This document shows positions 20,817 through 30,363 of a DNA stretch of 64,000 bases, piece by piece; the first letter of the stretch is position 1; each line of letters begins with the position of its first letter. The notes beneath the pieces are model-generated. The model saw nothing but the letters and a program-made list of their open reading frames with translations. It made no database searches and was not told the DNA's origin. The position numbers and the translations under genes were made by a program. This DNA is from Verrucomicrobiota bacterium (GTDB lineage Bacteria > Verrucomicrobiota > Verrucomicrobiia > Limisphaerales > AAA164-E04): positions 4,736,001 through 4,800,000 of the forward strand of contig CP170459.1 in the NCBI GenBank assembly GCA_047947115.1, written 5' to 3'.

Positions 20817-23800
20817 TTATTGGAAAAGAGAGGCTATCCAATCTCTTTCCGGCATGGCATAGGGGCGAAATGTTTCCAGATAGCCTCTACGTTCGTTATA
20901 GAACAAAGCGCGATGGAGTCCCAACTGACTGGCTTTTGTATTGTCGATAAGCGCTGCCGAGTCATTGGCGCTCATTTGGAACAATACGCGCATTTCAAAC
21001 TCGGAAAGGGCCTTTCGATTCAGATACCTTTGGGCACTATTGTAGGAATCAACCGTCACAATGGCATGAATTCCAACCCCGGGGCCCTCCCGGATCATGC
21101 GTTCAAACACGTTGCCGGGTTGTGTGCTCCCTTCCTCATTGCTTGCGCCAAAACTGAATTCATCTTCCGGCTTCAGTTTCTTGAAAAACTGCAGGCCTGT
21201 GACCAGAACGAATATCGCTTTTTCAGGTTCGCCCGTTTCTTTACCACCTGGCTCCAATTTGGAATCAAGATACTCCATCATGTCTTCCAAGCTCTCATCT
21301 CTCAGAGTGCGCACGGTCTGAGGTAACAGTGATACGACCTGATCCAACAATTCGCGGTGAGAGGAATGGTCCGGCAGCGGATCCAGCACCAGAAATTCAA
21401 CCAGTCCTTCGGAATACTGGGCAGCCAGGGAGATGAGGCTGGAGATCACCATGGAAAACGCCATCTCATCATTCTGCCCTAGAATTAACAGGTGCCCCCC
21501 ATTCTGCTGTCCAAAGGTAGCACACGTAGGTCCTTTGATCGCGTTCGGGGCCCCCAGCCAGGCACGTGGCGCACCCGCTACTTTAACGGTTCCGGAAGAT
21601 AAAGCTTCGGCAAGTTCAACATTTTCCCTGATGTCGGCAGGAGCATTTCCTTCAAACACCACCAACTCCCTCTGCTTCACCGAGCGCTCACCGGCCAACT
21701 GACTCACCCGGTTCAGAAATGTTTCGCGATCGGTATCTGACAACCAGACGGTCTGAAAGGGACTGTTCCCTTCAACCTCGCCACTGCTGTCGTTGTAAAC
21801 ACCTTCCCCTGGTCTGGACAATAAACGCGGTGCCGCGTTGGATTCATCCATGATGAGGTAAGCGTCCGCCTCGTCACATTGCAGTGCAATCCTAACTGCC
21901 ATCTGGGCAAAGGTCGTTCGCGCAAGCGTATAAGCTCCTCCCAATGTCTGTGAGCCTAAAATCACATGAATCCCAAAAGCGCGACCTTGCCGAACGATCC
22001 GGTCCAGCAGGACAGCGGCGTTTTGTGCCACACGGTCATCTTCGACGAAATACTCCTGAAACTCGTCAATCATCAAAAGTGTCCGGGGAAGCGTCTCGCC
22101 TTCGGATGCTTGCAGGTATCCATTCAAATCCTGAACCCCTTTCTGACGGAAAAGGTCTCCACGACGGCGCAGTTCCTGATCAACTCGTTCCAACACGCTC
22201 AATCCGAATTCGCGATCACTTTCAATCGCAACAACCCTAGCATGTGGCAACCGGTGTGTGGCGTAACACTTGAATTCGACGCCTTTCTTGAAATCAATCA
22301 GATAAAATTCGACCTGATCCGGCGAACACCAAAGCGCCAGATTGGATACGATTACATGAAACAAAGTCGACTTCCCTGAACCAGTCTTACCCGCAATCAG
22401 AGCGTGTTGCTGGGTTCCCTTACCCAAAGTCAGATACTGCCATTTCGACGCCCCGGTACGACCAATGGGTACACGCAGCACGGCATCCGTATGAAGAGAC
22501 CAAACCTCTTCCGCCTTGGGTGCAATCTGAGAGAACGGTACTTCCACCCTGTTGGAATCCACACTGGCTCGACCGATCTGATGAATCATAGCAATGGCCT
22601 GCCGGGGTTCCGGCTGCCGGTACCAATGCCATGTGGCTCCAGCCCACTGAACGCTGCCGGGGCGACATCCTCCGCCCTGTGAGAGCATCCAAACACAGTG
22701 TTTTCGCAAATCATCCAGAGCCGCATCGTCCGGCATCGCCTGACGTTGATCCCGATGCAACCAGACAAACACACCGCAACGCGCTCCGCTGACGATGATG
22801 CTTTGCAAACGTCGCAACGCCGTTTCGCTGAATCCAACCGGAAAGTCCGAAATAACGAGGACTTGATACTTCTCGGCAATGTTGCCTGCGACCCGGTTGT
22901 AATCCGCAAGGGATGGGTATTCATTGCGCAGGTACATCTGGGTCACTTTTTCCATGTGCTCGGTCAGATCCCGCAGGCATTGCTCGATTTGATTCGACTG
23001 GGTCCAAATCCGGCGATGAATCAACTGCTCATCATGGTCGGCAAGATGCATCAAGCCGGCAAAATTCTTACCCAACCCAACAGGATCGATCAGCGTGAAC
23101 TGCAAACGTCCCACTGGCGAACTCATCAACAGACGCAGCGCCATGCCATTGAGCGCATCGACGATTTCCTGTGGGGCAGATCCCTCTGATTCAAACAGAA
23201 TAGACTCCCCATCCGGCAACCTGAATACCAGGGGAACCCGAAGAGATTCATCCCCAAAGCTCATTTTTTCATCTGCAGGAGGCGATGAAAGGAACTGTTT
23301 CAGATCCACGGCTAACTCGGCAAAACCGCCGGCGGAATCTCCTTTGGAAGGAACTTCCCATTCATCAGAAAAAGCCGCATCAAATCTGGAATTCATTTCC
23401 AAAGACTGACTGTGACTGCCCTTGAGTAGCGCCAACCATTCGAACACCTCCCCATTCCATTGTTCCACGAGAACAGCCATGTCATGGGAAAAACGGTCGT
23501 TCACTTCCGTTTCCATCGAACTCTGCTCATCCTCCATTGTGTCGGGACTGCCGTTGTTTCCATGCACTCCGACGGTTGTCCCCTGCTTATGATCACTGTC
23601 CAGGCGGTTCAGGGCGGCTTGGAGCATGTTCTCATGACGAAACTCCAATCGCTCTTTCCGATGTTGCAATTGACCGAGCCCGGATTCGAGCTTTTCTGAT
23701 GCAGAGGCATCAGCGGTCTGGAACGCTTTTTCAAGACCTGCTTCGATTTCTTTCAGGACCTGATCTATACTCGCCAAGCCCTGGTCCCGACTTCGATCTG

Positions 23801-24692
23801 CCCCTTGTTGACACCGGCTGACACATTGAGAGGAGAGAGCATACTGTTCCAAAATGGACTTCACTCGCCCTCGAGCCAGCATGTAACCCCCGGCATAAGC
23901 AGCCAACACAAGAGCAGCCAGCACCCCGGTATAGAGAATGAGCTGCTCCTTCGCGATTCCGAGTGTGTCCGGCACCTGCGGCACCAATAGCCCAAGCGCG
24001 CCCAACACGCCGATAAAAACCAACAAAACCCAAACCGGAACCATGGAGAAGCACTGCGCCAATGCTGTTGGAATTGAAAAACGAAGCTGCGCCTCAAGGT
24101 CTGTCAAATGCGAACGCAAGGTTTGCAGTTGCACATATTCATCCTCTGTGGAGGATTCCTGAGCAGCAGGGTCCAGTTCCCTTTGAAGCCAACTACGAAA
24201 AGATCGATACCCGCGAAACACCTTCCATGCGAGACCCTGAATGCCTTCCAGCCGCTGAATTTCTAAGGATAAATCAGAAACGTAAGATTTCCATGTCTGA
24301 TCCATGGCAAGGCTATTGGCATCGTGATCACGCTGGGCCTGGAGCAAGTCCTTTTGATTTTCGTATTGCTGCTGGCTCCGGGCATGCTCCGCTGCGTCAT
24401 GAAGCGCCTTGCTAGTGTTCTCAATGGCTTGCTTGATTCGAAGCCTGCGGGATGCGAACCTGGATTCAATGCGCTCGCGTTCGGCATTCAATGCTTCCTG
24501 CGCCAAGGCTGCTTGTGCATCAGCCTGTTTCCGGACATGAGCTTTTTGGGATTCGAATTTTCGCCGAATAGCCGCCAAATCCCGATCACGCGACTCGATC
24601 AATGACTTCTCCCGCAAACCGAGTTCCTCGACCGTATGTCGAAGTTGTTCGAGTAAGGAAAGGGTGTTTCCCGCTGTGAGCATTTTATTCAC
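20817..24692 (-). CDS. FtsK/SpoIIIE-family ATPase (EccC/EssC-like) with coiled coils and two TM helices
   Basis: HALIAGKTGSGKST (Walker A), YLIDFKKGVEF, LLMIDEFQ (Walker B), RQGRAFGIHVILGSQ; degenerate ATPase-like repeats on both sides. Confidence 0.88.
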   Translation of the reverse strand: MNKMLTAGNTLSLLEQLRHTVEELGLREKSLIESRDRDLAAIRRKFESQKAHVRKQADAQAALAQEALNAERERIESRFASRRLRIKQAIENTSKALHDAAEHARSQQQYENQKDLLQAQRDHDANSLAMDQTWKSYVSDLSLEIQRLEGIQGLAWKVFRGYRSFRSWLQRELDPAAQESSTEDEYVQLQTLRSHLTDLEAQLRFSIPTALAQCFSMVPVWVLLVFIGVLGALGLLVPQVPDTLGIAKEQLILYTGVLAALVLAAYAGGYMLARGRVKSILEQYALSSQCVSRCQQGADRSRDQGLASIDQVLKEIEAGLEKAFQTADASASEKLESGLGQLQHRKERLEFRHENMLQAALNRLDSDHKQGTTVGVHGNNGSPDTMEDEQSSMETEVNDRFSHDMAVLVEQWNGEVFEWLALLKGSHSQSLEMNSRFDAAFSDEWEVPSKGDSAGGFAELAVDLKQFLSSPPADEKMSFGDESLRVPLVFRLPDGESILFESEGSAPQEIVDALNGMALRLLMSSPVGRLQFTLIDPVGLGKNFAGLMHLADHDEQLIHRRIWTQSNQIEQCLRDLTEHMEKVTQMYLRNEYPSLADYNRVAGNIAEKYQVLVISDFPVGFSETALRRLQSIIVSGARCGVFVWLHRDQRQAMPDDAALDDLRKHCVWMLSQGGGCRPGSVQWAGATWHWYRQPEPRQAIAMIHQIGRASVDSNRVEVPFSQIAPKAEEVWSLHTDAVLRVPIGRTGASKWQYLTLGKGTQQHALIAGKTGSGKSTLFHVIVSNLALWCSPDQVEFYLIDFKKGVEFKCYATHRLPHARVVAIESDREFGLSVLERVDQELRRRGDLFRQKGVQDLNGYLQASEGETLPRTLLMIDEFQEYFVEDDRVAQNAAVLLDRIVRQGRAFGIHVILGSQTLGGAYTLARTTFAQMAVRIALQCDEADAYLIMDESNAAPRLLSRPGEGVYNDSSGEVEGNSPFQTVWLSDTDRETFLNRVSQLAGERSVKQRELVVFEGNAPADIRENVELAEALSSGTVKVAGAPRAWLGAPNAIKGPTCATFGQQNGGHLLILGQNDEMAFSMVISSLISLAAQYSEGLVEFLVLDPLPDHSSHRELLDQVVSLLPQTVRTLRDESLEDMMEYLDSKLEPGGKETGEPEKAIFVLVTGLQFFKKLKPEDEFSFGASNEEGSTQPGNVFERMIREGPGVGIHAIVTVDSYNSAQRYLNRKALSEFEMRVLFQMSANDSAALIDNTKASQLGLHRALFYNERRGYLETFRPYAMPERDWIASLFQ

Positions 24693-24894
24693 AATCTTTC
24701 CTCACTTTCTTCAAAAGGACATTCAGCTTTTCCATGCCATGAATGGCACGATTGACGCTCGGCTCCAATTCCTTCAAGTAGGTCTGTTCAAAAGATGCGG
24801 CCTTTTCATCTTTCCATACCGTGCGGGCCGATTCCCATGACCGCAGCAGGTCCTTGGTCAGGGCCAACAACTGATTTCTTTCCGACGAACTCAT
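24685..24894 (-). CDS. Small helical WXG100-like protein (W-K-D turn)
   Basis: 69 aa, ARTVWKDEKAASFE; overlaps both neighbouring genes. Confidence 0.65.
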   Translation of the reverse strand: MSSSERNQLLALTKDLLRSWESARTVWKDEKAASFEQTYLKELEPSVNRAIHGMEKLNVLLKKVRKDCE

Positions 24895-25475
24895 TCATTT
24901 CCCTTCTGTTTGATGTCCTTTTCCAAAGCATGTTTCCCGGGCGATTCGACCATTGGGGCTTCGGATTCAGGCCGATTTTCCTCATGAACTGAAAACTGGG
25001 TTTGACGGGGTGAAAGATATTCACTCAAAACAGCCCCCAAACGATCCAGGTGGGCCGCACCCTTTTGCAAATCCTGTTCCAGAACGGTGCGCAGTCTTTC
25101 CACGTCACGTCCGTGCGGTTCCACTTCACTTTGATAGCGCCGGCACCACACCTTGACGCAGCGCAACTTTTCCTCGGCTTCACGAAACGCCTTTCTAGCA
25201 CGTTGAACAGTCACTTGTTGAATATCACTTGATGCCCGCAACTGGGAAAGCTTTGCGGAAAAAGCGGCATGTTGTGCCTCTTCCAAAGCACGGTGCCGAA
25301 CCCGCACCTGATGTTCCCAATAAGGTTTCTGGTGATCCTCCAGCCATGCCCGGGTTCTTTTCATGTCAGAGCCGACCTCGTCAATCACATGCGTGGCCTT
25401 CTCAACATATTGAATCAACCGCAAACGAAACGCTTCCAGCGCATCCACCGAACGTATCTGAGCTCTGTCGGCCAT
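24891..25475 (-). CDS. Coiled-coil protein in the WXG100/FtsK operon
   Basis: Helical charged sequence; starts 2 nt after the WXG100 stop codon and overlaps the next gene. Confidence 0.7.
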   Translation of the reverse strand: MADRAQIRSVDALEAFRLRLIQYVEKATHVIDEVGSDMKRTRAWLEDHQKPYWEHQVRVRHRALEEAQHAAFSAKLSQLRASSDIQQVTVQRARKAFREAEEKLRCVKVWCRRYQSEVEPHGRDVERLRTVLEQDLQKGAAHLDRLGAVLSEYLSPRQTQFSVHEENRPESEAPMVESPGKHALEKDIKQKGNE

Positions 25476-25477
25476 GA

Positions 25478-25750
25478 CTATCGTTGATCGAGGTAGTCCT
25501 CGATTCGCTGAGCTTTGCGCAGGAGGAAGGGAGTGTGTTGACTGGAAACTTCCGCAAACTTTTTCAAAGTCCGCATCGTCTGACTGAATTCCTCAGCGAA
25601 ACGCTGCTGTTCCTGATCCTGCCAGGTATCGCCCAAGGCCTTGAATCGCGCTTCCAACAGCGCCATCCCCTGTTGAAGACCGGCATTGAACTGCTTCAAT
25701 TCCTTGGCAAAACGCCGCACTTCCTCCGGATCCATGATTGCCCGTGACAT
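25478..25750 (-). CDS. WXG100-family (Esx-like) protein
   Basis: 90 aa; MDPEEVRRFAKEL N-terminus; central LGDTWQDQEQQRF (WxD variant of WxG). Confidence 0.85.
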   Translation of the reverse strand: MSRAIMDPEEVRRFAKELKQFNAGLQQGMALLEARFKALGDTWQDQEQQRFAEEFSQTMRTLKKFAEVSSQHTPFLLRKAQRIEDYLDQR

Positions 25751-26185
25751 CAGTTTTTCCTTTCTTCCTTGATCGTAAGTCTCATTTCACCTGCCAGTAT
25801 ACAAGCAGATATCAGGCCAGTGCAGTAAAAACACTCCAATCTCCTGATAAATTAAAACTCAGGAACTCTGTAACAAATAAGACTCACGAAACTGTATAAC
25901 CTGGAAAAAGGATCCGCCATGAAACCCGACTCGATTCAGTTCATTCATTTCCTTTCGCTAATCACTGTCCTGTCCTGCATGTTTTGGATCACACGATGAT
26001 CACGTGGTTCTGGGCGAACCACTCATCGGAAGAATCACCGTGGATGAGGCAGCCCTGAAAGGAGCCAAATGGCAATGGAACGGTGTGACGCATGTGTTTA
26101 TCTTATCATGCGGTAACAATTAAAAGTGCCCACCCACAAACAAGTCGCTGCTTGAAGAAGGCAGCTTCATGCCTGACCGCATCCG

Positions 26186-26611
26186 TCAGTCTTTTGGTTT
26201 TTCCCAACGCCAAACTAATCCATCATCGGGATCCATCACTTCTCCGGTTTTTCTAAACCCACATTTGGTCAGGACCCTGGTGGAAGCATTCTCTTCAGGC
26301 AATGTGTGGGCGCAAACTCGACGCACTTCTGCATGGCTGCATGCATAATCCACCAGGCCTGTCGCCGCTTCGGTGGCGTATCCTTTCCCCTGGTAATCAG
26401 GATCAATTCCGTAAGCGATCTCCACCACCCCCTCCGCATTGGGAGGCGCCTTGAACCCGCAGTTCCCAACTAAGACATCGGCCTCGCTCAGTCGAATGGT
26501 GAATCCGTGCAACCACGGGTCGGGTTCGGTGGCTGCCTGTATCAGGGCCAGCCAATCAGGAGCTAATTGCACCTTCTCCTCGGACGACATCCCGTCAATC
26601 ATGGCGCGCAA
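26186..26611 (-). CDS. GNAT (RimJ/RimL-like) N-acetyltransferase; true start probably further upstream
   Basis: VEIAYGIDPDYQGKGYATEA, NASTRVLTKCGF; the frame stays open upstream (IETPHLNLVP) to ~26710 with no ATG. Confidence 0.85.
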   Translation of the reverse strand: MRAMIDGMSSEEKVQLAPDWLALIQAATEPDPWLHGFTIRLSEADVLVGNCGFKAPPNAEGVVEIAYGIDPDYQGKGYATEAATGLVDYACSHAEVRRVCAHTLPEENASTRVLTKCGFRKTGEVMDPDDGLVWRWEKPKD

Positions 26612-26814
26612 TTCGTCAGGAGTTTTTGGTACAAGGTTTAAATGAGGTGTTTCAATCGTGATGCTGGCATCCTGCCAATCCCGTTTAATCTGTCTATTAA
26701 AAACATCCCCTTATCCAGTCAACACCCCTGCGGTAAGGGAGCTCTGAGCAGATAACATAGACATTCCACCCGAAGAACCTCATGCTGTCCGCGAAATGAA
26801 GACCAAGTGAGAAA

Positions 26815-27492
26815 ATGAAACCCAGAATCAAACTATCCGAGTCGGTGTTGGAGAATGGAGATATCATGTCCCTGTATGAACATGATGGCAGTTTTGGTAT
26901 TTGCCTGAATGGACAGGAGTTGATGAACACCCGAGCGACTTACTCGGAGTTGATGCTTGGTTCCCTGGGAGTGGAAAGCCTGGAGAAAGACTCACCCAAT
27001 CGTGTGCTGATAGGGGGTCTGGGTTTGGGATACACCTTGAAAAGTGTTCTGGAAGAAACAGGCGAATCCACCCATGTCGAAGTCGCCGAACTGTTACCTG
27101 ACGTGATTGAATGGAATCGTACGCACCTGAAATCGGTCAATGGAGTTCTTCTGGAAGACTCACGCGTAAAAATCTGCAACAAGGATGTTCAGGAAATCAT
27201 TCAAGAAGCAGAACCGGCATCTTACGACGCCATCATGCTGGACATCGACAACGGTCCCGTCGCCATGGTTCAGTCGGGTAATCGGTCCCTGTATTCACGA
27301 AAAGGCATCCATGCCCTATTGAATGCTCTGACAACCACCGGACGCCTGGCGGTCTGGTCGGCGAGCATAGATGCAAAATTCGAGCAACACGTTAAGAAAA
27401 ACCGCGCCCACATAGAAATGCACCGCGTCAAAGCCAGCCACCAGGCCAAACGAGCGAGCTATGTGATCTACATTATCCAGAAAACCAAATAG
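26815..27492 (+). CDS. Spermidine synthase-like SAM-dependent transferase
   Basis: VLIGGLGLGYTL, VAEL, YDAIMLDIDNGP, LAVWSA. Confidence 0.8.
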   Translation: MKPRIKLSESVLENGDIMSLYEHDGSFGICLNGQELMNTRATYSELMLGSLGVESLEKDSPNRVLIGGLGLGYTLKSVLEETGESTHVEVAELLPDVIEWNRTHLKSVNGVLLEDSRVKICNKDVQEIIQEAEPASYDAIMLDIDNGPVAMVQSGNRSLYSRKGIHALLNALTTTGRLAVWSASIDAKFEQHVKKNRAHIEMHRVKASHQAKRASYVIYIIQKTK

Positions 27493-27597
27493 AACCTCTT
27501 TTCACAGCGTGGTCCCGGAGCCGCATTCGCTGACAGCAGCGGAAATGAACCCGGCACCCCGAAACACTCCGCGAACAAAGGTAGGAAGCAGGCTTCC

Positions 27598-29556
27598 CTA
27601 AAAGGAGTCCTGATACCTTGACAAGGCGCCCAGAACCGTGGCGGTTGTGAACACCTTTTGGCAGTCAGAGTAGACGGTTCCACTGTCGATGGACGTATGA
27701 GGGGATGCAACATGCGGATGTGTCAATCGGAGAAAAGCTCCCGATTCCCATGCCCCGTTCGCAAGCTGGGAACGAAGCAGTTCATGTATCCAATCTTTGC
27801 ATGGCAATGTCCTTCCCAAGCTCATCCAGCACTGAACAAGCAACGCAATTTCAAAATCGGTCGTGGGAGAATACGATACCAAAGATTTCTCCAGCTCTCT
27901 TCTGCGAGGCACTTCCTGTAAAGGATCAAGACATTCCAATACGACCCAGGTCGCATAGAGTGGTGTCAACCACCAATAAGAATCCCACATTCCATTTTCG
28001 TTTTGAATCCGGCGCAGGTATCTTACGGATTTTTCCCAAGAGGACGTTGAACCACGCCTTACCAACGCTCCGGCCAACCCTGTCACATCAGGGGAAGCTC
28101 CGTTCCAGGCATCCTCTCCCCCGGGATTCGAAAGGTAGGTAGAAAAACCCCCCTCTTTATTTTGAAATCTGGCAAGTAAAGGCAACCACTGCGCATCCGG
28201 CATATGAATCCCCCATCTTGTCAGAGCATGAAGCGCCAGCGTTGTGGAATCCGCATCAGATGGTGTGGTCCCATGATATCCCCATCCGCCGCCAGCATGT
28301 TGACGTTCCCGCAGCCATTGCGCAACTGCCGGCATCCAGGATATTTGAAGTTTACAGGAATGGGAGAGAAACCTCCCGGTCACCATCAGGGTGTAGGCTG
28401 TCACCCATTCGTCTGAGACACCCACCGGCAAGTTAAAATCGACCCAATGATCATCTTTCAGCCTGGTGCTTAAGAAGTCCATCGCTCGACGAATCGCTTC
28501 TGCTTTCTTCGGTTTCCGGATGGAGGGGGCACCCGCATCCTGCATGGCAAGGTCGGGTTCAACATAAATATTCATATGACATGAACCATCCGCTTCCAAT
28601 CCGACTCCGACAAAGCGATGAAGACAATCTGGCTGGCGCAAGGCGCTCTTCGAAATCAAAACCTTCACATCCCTTCGATATCCGGAGGCATCAAGACCTA
28701 TTCGATCAGCAAGTTGCCCCACGCATGCCTGAGCAGCGGTTTCATCCAGTGAAAGGAATCGGGTGAAATTCAAATCCGACTTGAGTGTGACATCTGTGTC
28801 ATTTGCCGGAAATTCCAAGGAAACATGGATGCTCTGTTCAGGATAGTATGAATGATCAAGCAAGGGAAACGTGTCCAAGAGGGAGGAGATTGCAAAAGCA
28901 TTCTGCGAAGCATCTACAGTCTGATACCATCGAGCCAGCCATGAGCGCGTAACACGACCGGATCGAAAATAGACCTTCACCCTTCCAACGGGTTTACCGG
29001 GTATCCAATCAAAAGCCATCCCAACCGGCCATGAATGGGGGGATACACTGCTCGAGAGATCGCACAGTTGTTGCAATCCGTTTTTGCGGCCCAAATGTAA
29101 AAGAACGTTTCCGATCCTGCGCCAACGATCCGTGGCGGCCCCTTCGTTCAGATTGAAATAAACCTTCGTGGCAAAGCCATGATCCCCCGCCACCACACCA
29201 AACCAAATGGCACTTCGCCAGTGAGATGGCCAGTTGTCTGCTTCGGGCAGGATATACGTTTCGACAAGTCGACGGATGATCGGAAGCGCGGCCCCCTTAT
29301 CATCTCCGAAGATATGATCCAACACCTGCCAGGAATGTTGGTAACGATCCCAACAAGAACTTCCGGGTTCACCCGATTCGCAGACGAAAGCGACCGGAAA
29401 GCGCTCATCCCCAATACGACTTAGCCATTGAAAAGGAAGCCCGTTGGCATTGATCTGCGAAAGCCCCTCATACCGGGCGGAAACAGGCTGTTTCAAGGAT
29501 TTGCCGCAAAATTGCTCAAACAGCCACATCGTCCGTTCGGTCGCCCCGGGGGACAT
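27598..29556 (-). CDS. Putative ABBA-type aromatic prenyltransferase fused to a prenyltransferase/squalene-cyclase-repeat (class II terpene cyclase-like) domain
   Basis: N-half: ATKVYFNL, RVKVYFRS, MNIYVEP strands. C-half: QW-like repeats (RQHAGGGWGY, FQNKEGGF, IQNENGMW, SQLANGAW) and PSDADST. Start uncertain (29556-29650). Confidence 0.6.
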   Translation of the reverse strand: MSPGATERTMWLFEQFCGKSLKQPVSARYEGLSQINANGLPFQWLSRIGDERFPVAFVCESGEPGSSCWDRYQHSWQVLDHIFGDDKGAALPIIRRLVETYILPEADNWPSHWRSAIWFGVVAGDHGFATKVYFNLNEGAATDRWRRIGNVLLHLGRKNGLQQLCDLSSSVSPHSWPVGMAFDWIPGKPVGRVKVYFRSGRVTRSWLARWYQTVDASQNAFAISSLLDTFPLLDHSYYPEQSIHVSLEFPANDTDVTLKSDLNFTRFLSLDETAAQACVGQLADRIGLDASGYRRDVKVLISKSALRQPDCLHRFVGVGLEADGSCHMNIYVEPDLAMQDAGAPSIRKPKKAEAIRRAMDFLSTRLKDDHWVDFNLPVGVSDEWVTAYTLMVTGRFLSHSCKLQISWMPAVAQWLRERQHAGGGWGYHGTTPSDADSTTLALHALTRWGIHMPDAQWLPLLARFQNKEGGFSTYLSNPGGEDAWNGASPDVTGLAGALVRRGSTSSWEKSVRYLRRIQNENGMWDSYWWLTPLYATWVVLECLDPLQEVPRRRELEKSLVSYSPTTDFEIALLVQCWMSLGRTLPCKDWIHELLRSQLANGAWESGAFLRLTHPHVASPHTSIDSGTVYSDCQKVFTTATVLGALSRYQDSF

Positions 29557-29653
29557 CAAGCGGACCTCACACCACTGACGAAGTGTGTTCAGGATAACCG
29601 CATGCAGATCACGGGTGGATCCGCATGCGGTAGAACCTGACCATCCCGGGGGA

Positions 29654-30304
29654 TCAAGCGCCTTCTTCAATAATGTTGATCGAACCATCTGTGCCTTTGG
29701 TGCCGTTGGAGGAAGATTCACCATTTGCCCCAGGATTTCCCTGGGCTCCATCGTTGCGTCCGGTGCCACGTTCCCCACGGTCACCTCCCTGCCCTGGATT
29801 GCCAGCAAGCCCACCGGCTCCACCTTCGGAATTGGCGTTCAAAGTGCCCGTGGTAATCGATTGGGCCACGACGGTGATATTGCCGCCTTTGCCTCCGTCC
29901 CCACCACGCCCGGCGTCGCCACCTTTGCCTCCGTTGCCCCCGTCACCGCCGTTGCCGCGGTCTTCGCAACCCGATCCACTGCCGCCGTTCCCACCGTTTC
30001 CACCCTTGCCTCCTTTGCCTCCATCACCACCGTTGCCACCTTTTCCACCTCGGGTGTCGATGTCAACGCCGGCAATAAAGTCTTCCACTTCGATCAGCAC
30101 ATTGCTGCCATTTGTACCATCCTGACCGTCAATCCCCTTCGATCCGCTGGTTCCGCTTCCCCCGTCTTTGCCGTTACCAGCCGGATCATCCCCATTCCAA
30201 TGACATTCTGCATTTTTTCCATTCGCGCCATCAGGACCTGCCGAACCTGCCGCCCCCACCGTCCCAGTTAGACCATCCGTGCCTCTTGCAATAATATTTG
30301 GCAT
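29654..30304 (-). CDS. Glycine-rich (G-G-X / G-X-X repeat) protein
   Basis: GGKGGNGGDGG tracts alternating with short beta-strand-like segments; strong AAGGAG RBS. Confidence 0.8.
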   Translation of the reverse strand: MPNIIARGTDGLTGTVGAAGSAGPDGANGKNAECHWNGDDPAGNGKDGGSGTSGSKGIDGQDGTNGSNVLIEVEDFIAGVDIDTRGGKGGNGGDGGKGGKGGNGGNGGSGSGCEDRGNGGDGGNGGKGGDAGRGGDGGKGGNITVVAQSITTGTLNANSEGGAGGLAGNPGQGGDRGERGTGRNDGAQGNPGANGESSSNGTKGTDGSINIIEEGA

Positions 30305-30363
30305 AATTGTTTACTCCTTTTTAATGTATACGTTGTATCTTGTTGCTTTGAACCCTGCTTGCT

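Noticed and set aside
29654..29823. N-terminal extension of the 741-aa ORF
   Set aside because: It overlaps the Gly-rich gene in another frame; the real start is more likely downstream of 29654.
29673..30125. Proline-rich plus-strand ORF (and the overlapping 29585..30271 ORF)
   Set aside because: Antisense mirror of the Gly codons of 29654..30304, which has the RBS and operon context.
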